From a virus, in the IMG/VR virus record IMGVR_UViG_3300037424_001177, positions 32,001 through 96,000 of that record: a DNA stretch of 64,000 nucleotides; one strand, 5' to 3'. Shown here one piece after another: positions 1 to 9,415 of the stretch; the first letter of the stretch is position 1, and every line of letters starts with the position of its first letter. Position numbers and translations under genes: made by a program. The notes beneath the pieces are model-generated. The model saw only the letters and a program-made list of their open reading frames with translations, was not told where the DNA came from and did no database searches.

Positions 1-165
1 TACGAGATTTTGGAGAAGGCTTATGCATTCTACGGGAAGAAACTGGTACCGTTCCGTACAATGACGACTCTGGAGTTGAGCGAAAAGTTGGGGCTCGACG
101 CCTCTTCTTCTGTAGCTGCTGACACAGGGTCTGATGACTTCTCTGATTTGATTGACGCCGTTTGA
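1..165 (+). CDS. 3' end of an ORF truncated by the window edge; probable gp32-like ssDNA-binding protein
   Basis: Frame 1 is open from base 1 to TGA at 163-165 and reads ...ASSSVAADTGSDDFSDLIDAV*. This acidic D-D-x-x-D-L tail is typical of T4 gp32-type SSBs, and the ORF lies directly upstream of ruvC/recA. Confidence 0.45.
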   Translation, partial: YEILEKAYAFYGKKLVPFRTMTTLELSEKLGLDASSSVAADTGSDDFSDLIDAV

Positions 166-851
166 TCACACTAGGTGTTGATCCGTCGTTGACCGGCTTC
201 GGTTGGTGCGTACACGATTCTAGAATGTTGGGTTCTGGTCGTGTACGTGCCAAGGGAGTCTTTCGTACTTCGGCACAAGAAGTATTCCTTGTTCGATACC
301 TTCAGCTCCGATCTTTGTTGGTCAAGTTGATTTGTGATCATCCGGAAATTGAAGCTGTCGGTGTCGAGTCCCCGCCTTTTGGTGAGTCCTGGAGCCCGGG
401 CCTCTACGCATTGTTCGTGTACGTCAACGAAGCTGTCTATTTGTGTCGCCGAGATGTCGTTTTTTTCGATCCTTCGACAGTCAAGATGCTAGCCAAGTTG
501 GATCCTTCCGTCCGACGAGGCAAGATGGATAAACAGGACATGAAAGAGGCCGCGAAGGCCGATACAGGTGTGCGACGCTGGACTCACGATGAGGCTGACG
601 CCTATTTGATAGCGCGTTCCGCTGCTTGGTTTTGGTCCGTTATCGACGGCTCTTTGAAGGTGGCGGACCTGACGCCGTCTGAGAAGAGTTCGTTTTTTCG
701 TATGGGCCCTCAAGAACAAGATCTGCAACCGCATCATCGAGGTTTGGTGTCTAAGGAGGGACAGCGCTTTTTCAGGTTCTCCAAGGTTCCAGTCGATCCA
801 AATGAAGAGGGTCTCAAGCAATGGCTGCTAGGAAGTTGTTCAGCACTGTGA
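162..851 (+). CDS. ruvC: RuvC-like Holliday junction resolvase
   Basis: N-terminal LGVDPSLTGFGW, VGVESP and DEADAYLIA supply the RuvC acidic catalytic residues. Confidence 0.85.
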   Translation: MITLGVDPSLTGFGWCVHDSRMLGSGRVRAKGVFRTSAQEVFLVRYLQLRSLLVKLICDHPEIEAVGVESPPFGESWSPGLYALFVYVNEAVYLCRRDVVFFDPSTVKMLAKLDPSVRRGKMDKQDMKEAAKADTGVRRWTHDEADAYLIARSAAWFWSVIDGSLKVADLTPSEKSSFFRMGPQEQDLQPHHRGLVSKEGQRFFRFSKVPVDPNEEGLKQWLLGSCSAL

Positions 852-2281
852 GGGGTTCGTCGGTCCCTGTTGAGACCGTTCCCCATAAGGAAGTGAAATT
901 GGAATCAGTAAATGTTGCGAAGAAACCTGTGAAAGTCGCAGGGCAGGAGGTAGTCGACAAGAAACCTGTGCCGGCTAAACCCAAAAACACACGTTCGTCG
1001 TCGCCCGATCAGGTGGTATTGACGGATCAACGTAAGCGTGCCGCGGAATCAGCGAAGCAGGTTGCTGCTGCACGATCGGAGATACTACGTCGGATGCAGC
1101 TGAAGGCTGTAGTCAAACACAGTGACAATTACGCTTCTGTTTCTTCTGGTTCATTTCTTCTGGATCACTTGATTGGCGGCACGCTAGCGGAAAACGGAAA
1201 GCCCATTTGTCTCGGGTATCCGCGACGCAAGATCACTGAGATCTTTGGGCCTGAGGCGAGCGGTAAGACAACCGCTGCGCTCGAAGCTATTGCTGCGTGT
1301 CAACGACAGGGGGGTTGGTGCCTGTATCTGGATCACGAGCACGCGCTCAATCCCAGGTACGCTCGAAAAATAGGCGTCAATCTCGAGGAGCGACTTCTGC
1401 ACTACGAACCAACTTCAATGGAAGAGAGCTGGAAGTTGTTGGCAATGGCCATGCGTCAGGGTTGTGATTTGGCCGTGATTGACTCTGTTGCAGCCATGGT
1501 TCCGAAGTCCGAACTCGAGAAGGGACTCGACGAACACGCTACCATCGGTGCTCGCGCGAGAGGACTTTCAGACACGTTACCAAAACTCGCAGCGTTGTTG
1601 GGCAGCACTAAGTTGTCTCCAACGGGCATGGCACTCATTCTGGTAAACCAAACCAGATCGTTGATTGGGGGCGGTAGCTACGGGGCCCCGCAGATGGATA
1701 CCAACACAGCTGGTGGGAAAGCGTTGAAGTTCTACGCCTATTTGCGCTTGAGTTTTAATCGCACGAAATCAGAGCGCATCAAACGCCGAGACAAGGTGAC
1801 GGGCAAGGACGTGTACTACCCGTACGGAAACCACACACGGGTGCGTGTGGTTAAGTCGAAGCTAGACGCTATGGAGGGACGCGTCGCAGGAGTCTTCATT
1901 CGATTCAACCATGGTTACGACGACCACTACAGTTTGATCGAAGCTGCGGTGGTCAATCGTCTTGTCAAGAAGGCGGGATCTTCATACGTGTACGCCGACC
2001 ATACTTTCAGAGGACGCGAGCAGTTGCGGGAGTACTTGATTCAGAATTCTGCCTCTTTTGAGAAATTGAAAACCTTGGTTCTTGCTGCGATTCGTGACGA
2101 CGGTGACAACATGTTAGTGCCTGAACCAGAAGACACTGTTGTGAGCGAGGAGGATACTCTCTTGTCGAGCCTTGGCATGGATGCCGATGTGGACGACGTG
2201 TCAGATGCGGAGGTGGAAGTTGAAGAGGTCGCGGACGCAGTTGACGAGGATGATCTGTTAGCGTCTGTAGAGGAAACTTGA
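821..2281 (+). CDS. recA: RecA recombinase with Lys-rich N-terminal extension and acidic C-terminal tail
   Basis: ITEIFGPEASGKTT (Walker A), YLDHEHAL, VIDSVAAMVPKSE, NQ, GGKALKFYA. Confidence 0.95.
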   Translation: MAARKLFSTVRGSSVPVETVPHKEVKLESVNVAKKPVKVAGQEVVDKKPVPAKPKNTRSSSPDQVVLTDQRKRAAESAKQVAAARSEILRRMQLKAVVKHSDNYASVSSGSFLLDHLIGGTLAENGKPICLGYPRRKITEIFGPEASGKTTAALEAIAACQRQGGWCLYLDHEHALNPRYARKIGVNLEERLLHYEPTSMEESWKLLAMAMRQGCDLAVIDSVAAMVPKSELEKGLDEHATIGARARGLSDTLPKLAALLGSTKLSPTGMALILVNQTRSLIGGGSYGAPQMDTNTAGGKALKFYAYLRLSFNRTKSERIKRRDKVTGKDVYYPYGNHTRVRVVKSKLDAMEGRVAGVFIRFNHGYDDHYSLIEAAVVNRLVKKAGSSYVYADHTFRGREQLREYLIQNSASFEKLKTLVLAAIRDDGDNMLVPEPEDTVVSEEDTLLSSLGMDADVDDVSDAEVEVEEVADAVDEDDLLASVEET

Positions 2282-3633
2282 TCGAAGTCGAGGTCAACAA
2301 TTTCCAGTCCATCACACATGTCTGTTTGGTGGTACAAGGATTCGTCTCGATCGTTGGTCGCAGCAACACAGGCAAGAGTGCGATTGCTCGCGCCTTGCGG
2401 TACGCGTTGACAGGCGCTGTGGGGACCTCCTTCGTCAGGCATGGCCTGACGTGTGAACGACGTCTACGTGGCGCCAAGAAGTGTCACTGCTTTGCGTCGG
2501 TTCGAGTCAAGACCTCTCAGATCGAAGTGGTTTGGGCCAAGGGGGATACAGAGAACCGCTATACGGTGACACGGAACGGTCGGACGGATGTGTATGAGGG
2601 CTTGGAGCGCGGCACGCCCGACTTTTTGTTGCCAGACTTTCGCACCGTTCGTATCGGGACCGGCAAGGAGCTGATCCAGATTGCTAAACAGTTTGAGCCG
2701 GTTTTCTTGCTGGACCAGTCTGGACCTGTGGTCGCGGATGTCTTGAGTGATGTGGCTCGTTTGGACGGAATCAACTCGGCGTCATCTTTGGTTTCTAAGG
2801 ATCGCAAGTCGGCAGTCTCAGAGCGGCGCGTCCGATGCGAGGATCTTGCGGACTACAACGGAAGACTCACACGCTATGTAGGCCTCGATCAAGTACCTGT
2901 TGAAGCTGTGCGAGAACAGCAGCAGGCAGCAAATACTGCACGTGAACGTGTCAGGGTCGTGGTTTCGTTTCTGGATCGTGCTTTGATTTTGAAGCGTTGG
3001 TACGAAGCGATCACGAAAGCTTTGAGACCCAAGGTTCCTGAGTATTCTCAGGTCCGAGATCTTGATCAGGCGGTTCGACAGGTCCATGACTACTTGATTA
3101 GCTCAGAGCGATTGGTCAGTTTCGTTGGCAACGTTGAACGCGCACTGTCTCCTCGCATTGAGGCTCCAGACGCTATACGTGAAGCTTCGAGGTGTTTGCG
3201 TCTTGTGGTTGGTTTCGAAGCTTTTCATACGACTCTGACGTCGACGGTTGCTGCGGCCGAGGGTCCAGCTACGTGTGATTTGCCGGTTTACGACGGTATC
3301 CAACAGCAAGCGCGAGAACTGACTCAAGTTGGCAGGTTTTCGGAAACGTTGAGTTTGCGTGCACAGACCTATCGCCGATTGTTGTCTACGTCGAATCTGA
3401 CTATTCCTCCAGAACCGTCGGCTTTGGTAACTGAAGCCAGACAACTGCAAGACCTTGGTCGCATTTTGATCAAGTTTAGCGAGTTTACTGAAACGATCCA
3501 TAAACTGTCACAAGAGCTGTCCAACCTCGAGTCGGAGTTCCGTCGGCTTGATCAGGAGACGAAGGAGCTTGGAGTTTGTCCGACGTGCGGACAAATCATT
3601 ACGGTCGTGCACGTTCATAGCGAGGTCGCATGA
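2278..3633 (+). CDS. SbcC/Rad50-like ATPase, N-terminal half (Walker A, coiled coil, terminal Zn-hook)
   Basis: EVNNFQSI, GRSNTGKS (Walker A), Q-loop region QFEPVFLL, long helical region, CPTCGQ at the C-terminus. No Walker B or ABC signature in this ORF. Adjacent to an SbcD-like gene. Confidence 0.8.
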   Translation: MIEVEVNNFQSITHVCLVVQGFVSIVGRSNTGKSAIARALRYALTGAVGTSFVRHGLTCERRLRGAKKCHCFASVRVKTSQIEVVWAKGDTENRYTVTRNGRTDVYEGLERGTPDFLLPDFRTVRIGTGKELIQIAKQFEPVFLLDQSGPVVADVLSDVARLDGINSASSLVSKDRKSAVSERRVRCEDLADYNGRLTRYVGLDQVPVEAVREQQQAANTARERVRVVVSFLDRALILKRWYEAITKALRPKVPEYSQVRDLDQAVRQVHDYLISSERLVSFVGNVERALSPRIEAPDAIREASRCLRLVVGFEAFHTTLTSTVAAAEGPATCDLPVYDGIQQQARELTQVGRFSETLSLRAQTYRRLLSTSNLTIPPEPSALVTEARQLQDLGRILIKFSEFTETIHKLSQELSNLESEFRRLDQETKELGVCPTCGQIITVVHVHSEVA

Positions 3634-4601
3634 GTTTGGTCTTTGTTTTTCGTACCGACGTACACGCGGCTGATCGGGCTCCTCCTAGCTGGAAAGGAGA
3701 TTACTTGGCCGAGATCCTGTCTAGCCTCACACAAATTGGAGAGATTGCTAAGGCACGTCGTGCTGTGGCTGTTTTGGATGGCGGAGACTTTATTCACGTT
3801 AAGACCGCGTCCAGGACGTCACACGCACTTGTTGTGAAGGTGTTGGAGTTGCACGCGAACTACCCGTGTCCTGTCTGGTGTGTCGAGGGTAACCACGATG
3901 TCGTCGGGGACAATTTGGACACGATATCGCAGCAACCGTTGGGCGTCTTGTATCAGACCTGTTTTCGACATCTCCGTGACGTTGTCTTCGAGGACGGGGA
4001 CTTGAGGGTGCGTGTAGTGGGCGTTCCGTACAGTGCCCATAGGACGGTGGAAGAGATCCAGGCAATACGAAAACAACCGGGGGACACACATTTGATTGCT
4101 TTGGTCCACGCGTTGGCTGGCGAGAATCCGCCGGCACACGTCGAGGAGTTTTTTGGCGAGCCAGTTTTCCGGTATCAAGCTCTCATCTACGAAGGCGGTC
4201 CGGATGCATTTTTATTTGGCCATTGGCATCGGGATCAAGGCATTGTGCGTTTGAATGGTCGAATCTTCGTCAATCAAGGCGCTGTGTCTCGAGGCGCGTT
4301 GACACACGAGAACATCAACCGTGTGCCGAAGGTAGCTGTCTTGACGGTTACACAGGACGGCATTGAGGTGGAGGACATTCCTCTGTCTGTGGCACCTCCT
4401 GAAGAGGTTTTTGACTTCGATCGGAAGACCAGAGAAGACCAACAGGTTGTTGTGATCAATCAGTTCGTGAAACAACTTGAGACGGAGCTTGAAACGTCTG
4501 CGGATGATGACTTCGTGACTAGCGTCGAGAAGCTAGACTTTGCACCAGAGGTACGGGTACGTGCGTTGGCTTACCTGGAACGGGCTCGCATTGCTTCATG
4601 A
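3630..4601 (+). CDS. SbcD/Mre11-like metallophosphoesterase nuclease
   Basis: DVH, GGDFIH, GNHD and FGHWH calcineurin-like motifs. Confidence 0.9.
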   Translation: MSLVFVFRTDVHAADRAPPSWKGDYLAEILSSLTQIGEIAKARRAVAVLDGGDFIHVKTASRTSHALVVKVLELHANYPCPVWCVEGNHDVVGDNLDTISQQPLGVLYQTCFRHLRDVVFEDGDLRVRVVGVPYSAHRTVEEIQAIRKQPGDTHLIALVHALAGENPPAHVEEFFGEPVFRYQALIYEGGPDAFLFGHWHRDQGIVRLNGRIFVNQGAVSRGALTHENINRVPKVAVLTVTQDGIEVEDIPLSVAPPEEVFDFDRKTREDQQVVVINQFVKQLETELETSADDDFVTSVEKLDFAPEVRVRALAYLERARIAS

Positions 4602-5509
4602 TCAGACCTGACAGTCTTTGGGACGGGTACGTCTCGTATTCCGGTCGAAAGCTGTACGAGAACTGTCCCTACGCCTATTGGCATCGTTACGTGAACTGTA
4701 CGGTTTTGCCTGGGTTGCCAGACACACTTGCAACCCTTTATGGGGACGCCGTGGGCAACCTGTTCGGCAGATTTTATGTCGATGAGGGTTGGCGGGACGA
4801 TGATGCCACAGCTTGGTTGTTGGCACGTGTTGACGAGACTGTGACGCGTACGATACGTTATCGCACACAGAACAAGGATGGGAGTCCTAAGGCGTATTTA
4901 GGTTGGCAGGACGCTGAGCATCCCAAAGCGCTCTACGTTGACCGGAATGAACTTGTGTCGGATGTGCGGGCCACAGTCGCTCGTGGTCTCCAGATAATTC
5001 GGCACTACAGGTTACTCGGCAAAGAGGTTCTCGTTGAACACAAGTTGGACTTGCGTCTCCCGGCCGCGACCCTTGCAGGACGGTCTGATTTCATGATGCG
5101 TAGGACCCGGCCCAACAACGATCGTGTGATCTTGGATGGCAAGGGATCTCGCTGGCGGGGGAAGTACGAAGACCCCAAACAGCTGGCTTGGTACGCAATG
5201 CTCTGTGAGCGTCGCTATGGTTACGTGCCAGATCGTCTGGGTTTTGTTTTCTGGAGGTACTGGCCGCCAGAAAGTGTCGACTGGTATGAGCCTGTAAAAA
5301 ATGATCTAGACGACCTCTACGAGGCCACTCTTGGTGTTGTTGTAGAGATTCGTGGACTGTTACGCCGTCTAGCCGACGGCGAGGACCCTGATCAGGTCTT
5401 CGAGCCTAAGCCGACGCGTCAGCAGTGCCAGTTTTGTGACTACTCGTTTGGGTGCAAGAAAAAATATGACGCCAGAAATGATTCAAGCCAAGGTCGAGGA
5501 GCTGAGTAG
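4598..5509 (+). CDS. PD-(D/E)XK RecB/AddB/Cas4-like nuclease, probable Fe-S cluster
   Basis: SYS..LYENCP, GRSD, LDGKG, QLAWYA and C-terminal CQFCDYSFGC (1+3 Cys arrangement). Confidence 0.8.
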   Translation: MIRPDSLWDGYVSYSGRKLYENCPYAYWHRYVNCTVLPGLPDTLATLYGDAVGNLFGRFYVDEGWRDDDATAWLLARVDETVTRTIRYRTQNKDGSPKAYLGWQDAEHPKALYVDRNELVSDVRATVARGLQIIRHYRLLGKEVLVEHKLDLRLPAATLAGRSDFMMRRTRPNNDRVILDGKGSRWRGKYEDPKQLAWYAMLCERRYGYVPDRLGFVFWRYWPPESVDWYEPVKNDLDDLYEATLGVVVEIRGLLRRLADGEDPDQVFEPKPTRQQCQFCDYSFGCKKKYDARNDSSQGRGAE

Positions 5510-5744
5510 ACGTTACGCCACTGCTTCGGAGAAGCGGAGCACCTTGGGCGGACTCTTAGCTGCCAAGAAACAGGAGCTGATTGCCCTGACTCAGGAAATC
5601 GAGAAGGCAGGGTACAATCCGAAGACGCTGAAGGAGACCCGGGAGAAGCTACAAGCGGATCTCGAGGAGCGATTGAAAGACTTTGAAGGCAAACTACAAG
5701 AAGTAGAGAAGGCGCTAGCTGCGTTTGAAGGGGAAATGAAATAA
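5466..5744 (+). CDS. small coiled-coil protein
   Basis: ATG at 5466; the whole protein is heptad-like and E/K/L/Q-rich. Confidence 0.6.
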   Translation: MTPEMIQAKVEELSRRYATASEKRSTLGGLLAAKKQELIALTQEIEKAGYNPKTLKETREKLQADLEERLKDFEGKLQEVEKALAAFEGEMK

Positions 5745-5746
5745 GG

Positions 5747-6901
5747 ATGATCCGAACCTTTCGTTACCCTCTCCGGCCTACCAAGGCTCAGGCCACAACT
5801 ATCGAAGATTGGCTGCGGCATTGTCGTTGGTTGTACAACGGAGCGTTGGAAGAGAGGATCTCATACTACAGGAAATTTGGTAAAGGGCTCACAAGGATCG
5901 ATCAGCAAAAATCTCTCACGGAACTGCGCTCGGATGACCTCTCCTGGACACAGATCCCGCTGAACGTTCTCCGATCTTCTCTTCGGAAGCTCGAGTTAGC
6001 CTACCAAGGCTTCTTTCGGCGTTTGAAGAAGGGCGAGACGCCCGGCTTCCCACGCTTCAAAGGAGCTAATAGGTTTCGTTCGTTTTCTCTTCAAAAATCA
6101 ACTAAGGTTGAGCACAAGGTCAAAGGATCTCAAGCCAAGGTTTGGATCCCAAAACTTGGATGGGTGCACTTTCACGAATACCGACCTATCCAAGGTAAAC
6201 TTTTGGATGTCTCGCTCCGTAAGGAGCATGACGACCGATGGTTTGTTTGCTTCCAGTGTGATTTAGGCAAGGCACCTGAAGTTTCAATTGATCCAACGAA
6301 GTCGGTAGGGATCGATCTAGGACTCAGACATTTTGTGACCCTCTCAAATGGTGAGACAATCGAGAATCCTCGATTCTTTCGAAAGTCGGAGAAGGTGCTT
6401 GCCGAACGGCAGCGCACTTTGCAACGCAAGCGCCGTGGCTCCAACTCTCGAATAGTGGCCAATAGACTCGTTGCTAAGGCACATCTTTGGATCCGAAATC
6501 AACGACTCGATTTCTCTAGGAAGCTGTCTAAACAATTATTTACAAGATTTGATGTGATCTTCCACGAGGACCTCAACATCAAAGGGATGACACGATCCCT
6601 GAATTTTGGAAAATCAGTCAACGATGCTGCTTGGGGTATTTTTCTCCGATCCTTAGCTTACAAAGCGGAAGAAGCTGGTAAGCTCTTGATCGGAGTTGAT
6701 CCAAGAGGAACCACACAACGGTGCAGTGGCTGCGGTGAGCACGTCCCAAAGGGACGTGCTCACCGCAGCCACCTGTGTCCCTCGTGTGGGCTCAACTTGG
6801 ACCGGGATCACAATGCGGCCCTAAACATTCAAACGCTCGGCTTGAGCGTGGTACTAGAACACACGAGGCCGGTGAAGCTTGCTATCGGTGTTCTATCTTA
6901 A
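5747..6901 (+). CDS. tnpB: TnpB (IS200/IS605-family RNA-guided endonuclease); no tnpA nearby
   Basis: MIRTFRYPLRPT HTH start, GFPRFK, RuvC residues GIDLG / FHEDL / DRDHNAA all intact, Zn ribbon CSGC...CPSC. Confidence 0.95.
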   Translation: MIRTFRYPLRPTKAQATTIEDWLRHCRWLYNGALEERISYYRKFGKGLTRIDQQKSLTELRSDDLSWTQIPLNVLRSSLRKLELAYQGFFRRLKKGETPGFPRFKGANRFRSFSLQKSTKVEHKVKGSQAKVWIPKLGWVHFHEYRPIQGKLLDVSLRKEHDDRWFVCFQCDLGKAPEVSIDPTKSVGIDLGLRHFVTLSNGETIENPRFFRKSEKVLAERQRTLQRKRRGSNSRIVANRLVAKAHLWIRNQRLDFSRKLSKQLFTRFDVIFHEDLNIKGMTRSLNFGKSVNDAAWGIFLRSLAYKAEEAGKLLIGVDPRGTTQRCSGCGEHVPKGRAHRSHLCPSCGLNLDRDHNAALNIQTLGLSVVLEHTRPVKLAIGVLS

Positions 6902-6921
6902 GTCCAAGGAGTGCTGGTCAA
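5747..6921 (+). mobile_element. tnpB-only (IS1341-like) element; putative right end at TCAA 6918-6921
   Basis: tnpB ORF followed 17 nt after its stop by TCAA, a typical IS200/IS605 right-end tetranucleotide. The left end could not be identified. Confidence 0.45.
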
Positions 6922-6950
6922 TTGTGGCCTAGTAGTTATTTTGGGCAAAG

Positions 6951-8237
6951 TTGAGAGATGAAATGAAGGTCAGAGTACAGCTGAAGGATCTGAATGAGGC
7001 TTTGAACCGTGTCTCGGTAGTCAAGCCTTTGAGTGTGGACCACGAGAAAGCCTACCTGTTCACTACACAGGATGACCAGATGTTGGTTCATTCTCAGGAC
7101 CGCTTTCACTACTCTCGAGTGTCCATACCGTGCGAAATGGTTGATGGTGAAGGCGCCATGATGTTTTCGTGGCCGGCTGATCGTGTCGAAGCTTTGAAGC
7201 ATTTGAACGGTTGGATTGAGATTGAGCCTGGCAAGGACGGAGACCGCCATTGGGTAAAGTATCGTACCGAGGAGGGCGTCACTGCTGACCGATCGTCACA
7301 TGATCCAGATTTCTATAAATCTGCATTTACGAGTATCAAGAGAAGCGCACAGGATACGGACTACGTGTTCTCGACAGTACTCTTGCGGGAAGCCTTGTCA
7401 CAGGTGGCGGACTACTTGGCACCTGACGGCACCGATGAGTCGAATCCGTTGCGTGTTGCACAGTTGTTCGACAGTGCTCGTCCAGAGTACGCATCTGGTA
7501 ATGGTACCTTTTTTGCGGCGGACGGACAACGTGTTTGTCACTTCCATAGTCCGTCACTGAAGGACAAAGGGTTTGGCGTTCACGCGCACCATGTCCCTAT
7601 GTTGATCAGTTACTTGTCAAAATGTTCTCCGACAGTCCGTGTACAGGTTGAAGAGCGGATGTGTTTCGCGAAAGACCAGGTCCCCGGCTCGTCGGAGATC
7701 AAGTCAGTATTTGGTTGGACGAAACACGTTCAAGAGCATAGTCGCTACGGCTATCCGCCGGACGAATACGCCAAGTTCATTCTGCGTGTGCCTCGAGATC
7801 AGATTGTTCGAGCGCTGCGGCAGATGATTGCAGAGTTCGGGGACCGTCCACAAGACAAGGTGCGCATCACGTACGAAGATTCAAAGCTGCTGTTTCGTTG
7901 CAGTTTGGATTCGGATGTCGTGACGAGCATGCCCGTCGAGACAGACCCTGTCCGGCAGGCGGATAAACCTGTGTTTTCTGCAAACATCAACATTCGTAGT
8001 TTTTTGGCCTTATTTGACAAGTCCAAGAGTCATTTGGTGGAGCTTCGTGCATTGTTGATACCCTCCAAGGCTGCTGCTACCGCAGGCGGTGAGGAGAAAA
8101 AAAGCTCGACTCGTTTGGCCTTTTGTACAGTGGACGAATATCACTTAACGGAATCAGGAAAATTGGTGGTTCCTACTGAAGGACAAGAGGGAGCACACCT
8201 GTGTCAAGTGTCGCGCTTCACAACGTCCATGACGTAG
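6951..8237 (+). CDS. DNA sliding clamp, DnaN/beta-like (likely start ATG 6963)
   Basis: MKVRVQLKDLNEALNRV start, FAADGQRV resembling the beta-clamp ATDGHRL motif, NINIRSFLALF, ~420 aa, and a dnaX-like gene in the same module. Confidence 0.65.
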   Translation: MRDEMKVRVQLKDLNEALNRVSVVKPLSVDHEKAYLFTTQDDQMLVHSQDRFHYSRVSIPCEMVDGEGAMMFSWPADRVEALKHLNGWIEIEPGKDGDRHWVKYRTEEGVTADRSSHDPDFYKSAFTSIKRSAQDTDYVFSTVLLREALSQVADYLAPDGTDESNPLRVAQLFDSARPEYASGNGTFFAADGQRVCHFHSPSLKDKGFGVHAHHVPMLISYLSKCSPTVRVQVEERMCFAKDQVPGSSEIKSVFGWTKHVQEHSRYGYPPDEYAKFILRVPRDQIVRALRQMIAEFGDRPQDKVRITYEDSKLLFRCSLDSDVVTSMPVETDPVRQADKPVFSANINIRSFLALFDKSKSHLVELRALLIPSKAAATAGGEEKKSSTRLAFCTVDEYHLTESGKLVVPTEGQEGAHLCQVSRFTTSMT

Positions 8238-8884
8238 CGGATCTCACGCGGCGCACAGATCTGGTCGTACAGAAAGCCGTCAAGCTACGCACTTTGCGGG
8301 ACTCCGCACAGTCTGATGCAGATTCTTGTGCGAAAAAAATTCGCGATCTGGACGCAGAGATCGAGATTCTGTCCAAGGTCGGTGAGCTGTTTCACATTTT
8401 GATGGATCAGCTCGTCAACCAACAAGTTCGTTCTGTAGAGCGTGTGGCGACGGAAGGCTTACACACAGTGTTCCACGATCTGAATCTCAGTCTGGAGTCG
8501 GAGGTCGGTCCGAAGTACAACAAGATTTCAGTCGAATTCGCCGTACGTCGAGGAACTCTAGACGATCCTTTTTCACATGTCGGACCTCCTCTGGACTCAT
8601 TCGGAGGAGGCCCTAGTTCCGTGGTATCTTTGATCCTGAGAATCTTGGCGATCAAGAAATTGAAGCTTTGGCCATTTCTGATCTTGGATGAGTCGTTGGC
8701 GGCTGTGTCTGACGACTACGTAGACGCCGCGGGGCGTTTCATTCGAGATTTAGCGGACCGTCTCGGTTTCGACGTCCTTCTGGTCACACAGAAGACCGCT
8801 TTCCTGGATCACGCACACTCGGCTTACCGGTGTCAAGAGGAAGAGGTCTCTGATGGTACCCATCTCGTTTTGCGTCGAGCGTAG
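8201..8884 (+). CDS. SbcC/Rad50-like ATPase, C-terminal half (signature, Walker B)
   Basis: Short coiled coil, then DSFGGG (signature-like), FLILDES (Walker B), LAAVS (D-loop region), LLVTQ (H-loop position). No Walker A. Confidence 0.8.
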   Translation: MSSVALHNVHDVADLTRRTDLVVQKAVKLRTLRDSAQSDADSCAKKIRDLDAEIEILSKVGELFHILMDQLVNQQVRSVERVATEGLHTVFHDLNLSLESEVGPKYNKISVEFAVRRGTLDDPFSHVGPPLDSFGGGPSSVVSLILRILAIKKLKLWPFLILDESLAAVSDDYVDAAGRFIRDLADRLGFDVLLVTQKTAFLDHAHSAYRCQEEEVSDGTHLVLRRA

Positions 8885-8890
8885 TTAGCG

Positions 8891-9415
8891 ATGCGATCAC
8901 GACAAGAAGTCGAGGCTCGTGTCCGCTACCTTGTGAATGAGGAGTTGGTCAGACGACTAGCTGAGATCGAGCAGTGTCAGCCACATCATTGCAAGCACAA
9001 CTATCGACATCCTCTTGACACTCGCCGTCGGATCGGTGAGACAGCCAATCCCAACTACAACAGGATTGCGTTGGCGGGTGAAGCGACGATCGGTTTGTGT
9101 ATGTTAGGGTCGGAGGATGTCGTGTCGTGGCCCGGCACGATTTGTGAAGACGTTGAGATGGCACTGGCGTGTCCGTACTACACTTCGAAAACAACCAGAG
9201 GTGATGTTTTAACAACATATCGCGACCAACTACAAGACCTTGCTTGGCTTGAGCAAAACTTGCCCCAAGTATTTGAACTTGTGTGGGTACTGCAAGCTGT
9301 TTCTGCACCAACCCTGACTTGGTGGCAAAGCCTTATTTTAGTGTGGAGGACCAGACGGAGCAAGTGGTTGAGGGCAGTGTCCAGACGCTTGAGCTTGCAA
9401 CGATTAGGTGAGTGA
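8891..9415 (+). CDS. hypothetical Cys/His-containing protein
   Basis: ORF tightly packed in the operon; CQPHHCKH and additional Cys residues. Confidence 0.55.
   Translation: MRSRQEVEARVRYLVNEELVRRLAEIEQCQPHHCKHNYRHPLDTRRRIGETANPNYNRIALAGEATIGLCMLGSEDVVSWPGTICEDVEMALACPYYTSKTTRGDVLTTYRDQLQDLAWLEQNLPQVFELVWVLQAVSAPTLTWWQSLILVWRTRRSKWLRAVSRRLSLQRLGE

Noticed and set aside
4598-5509. Cas4-like nuclease as part of a CRISPR system
   Set aside because: No repeat-spacer array or other cas genes were seen; the context is a recombination operon, where solo Cas4/RecB-like nucleases are common in phages.
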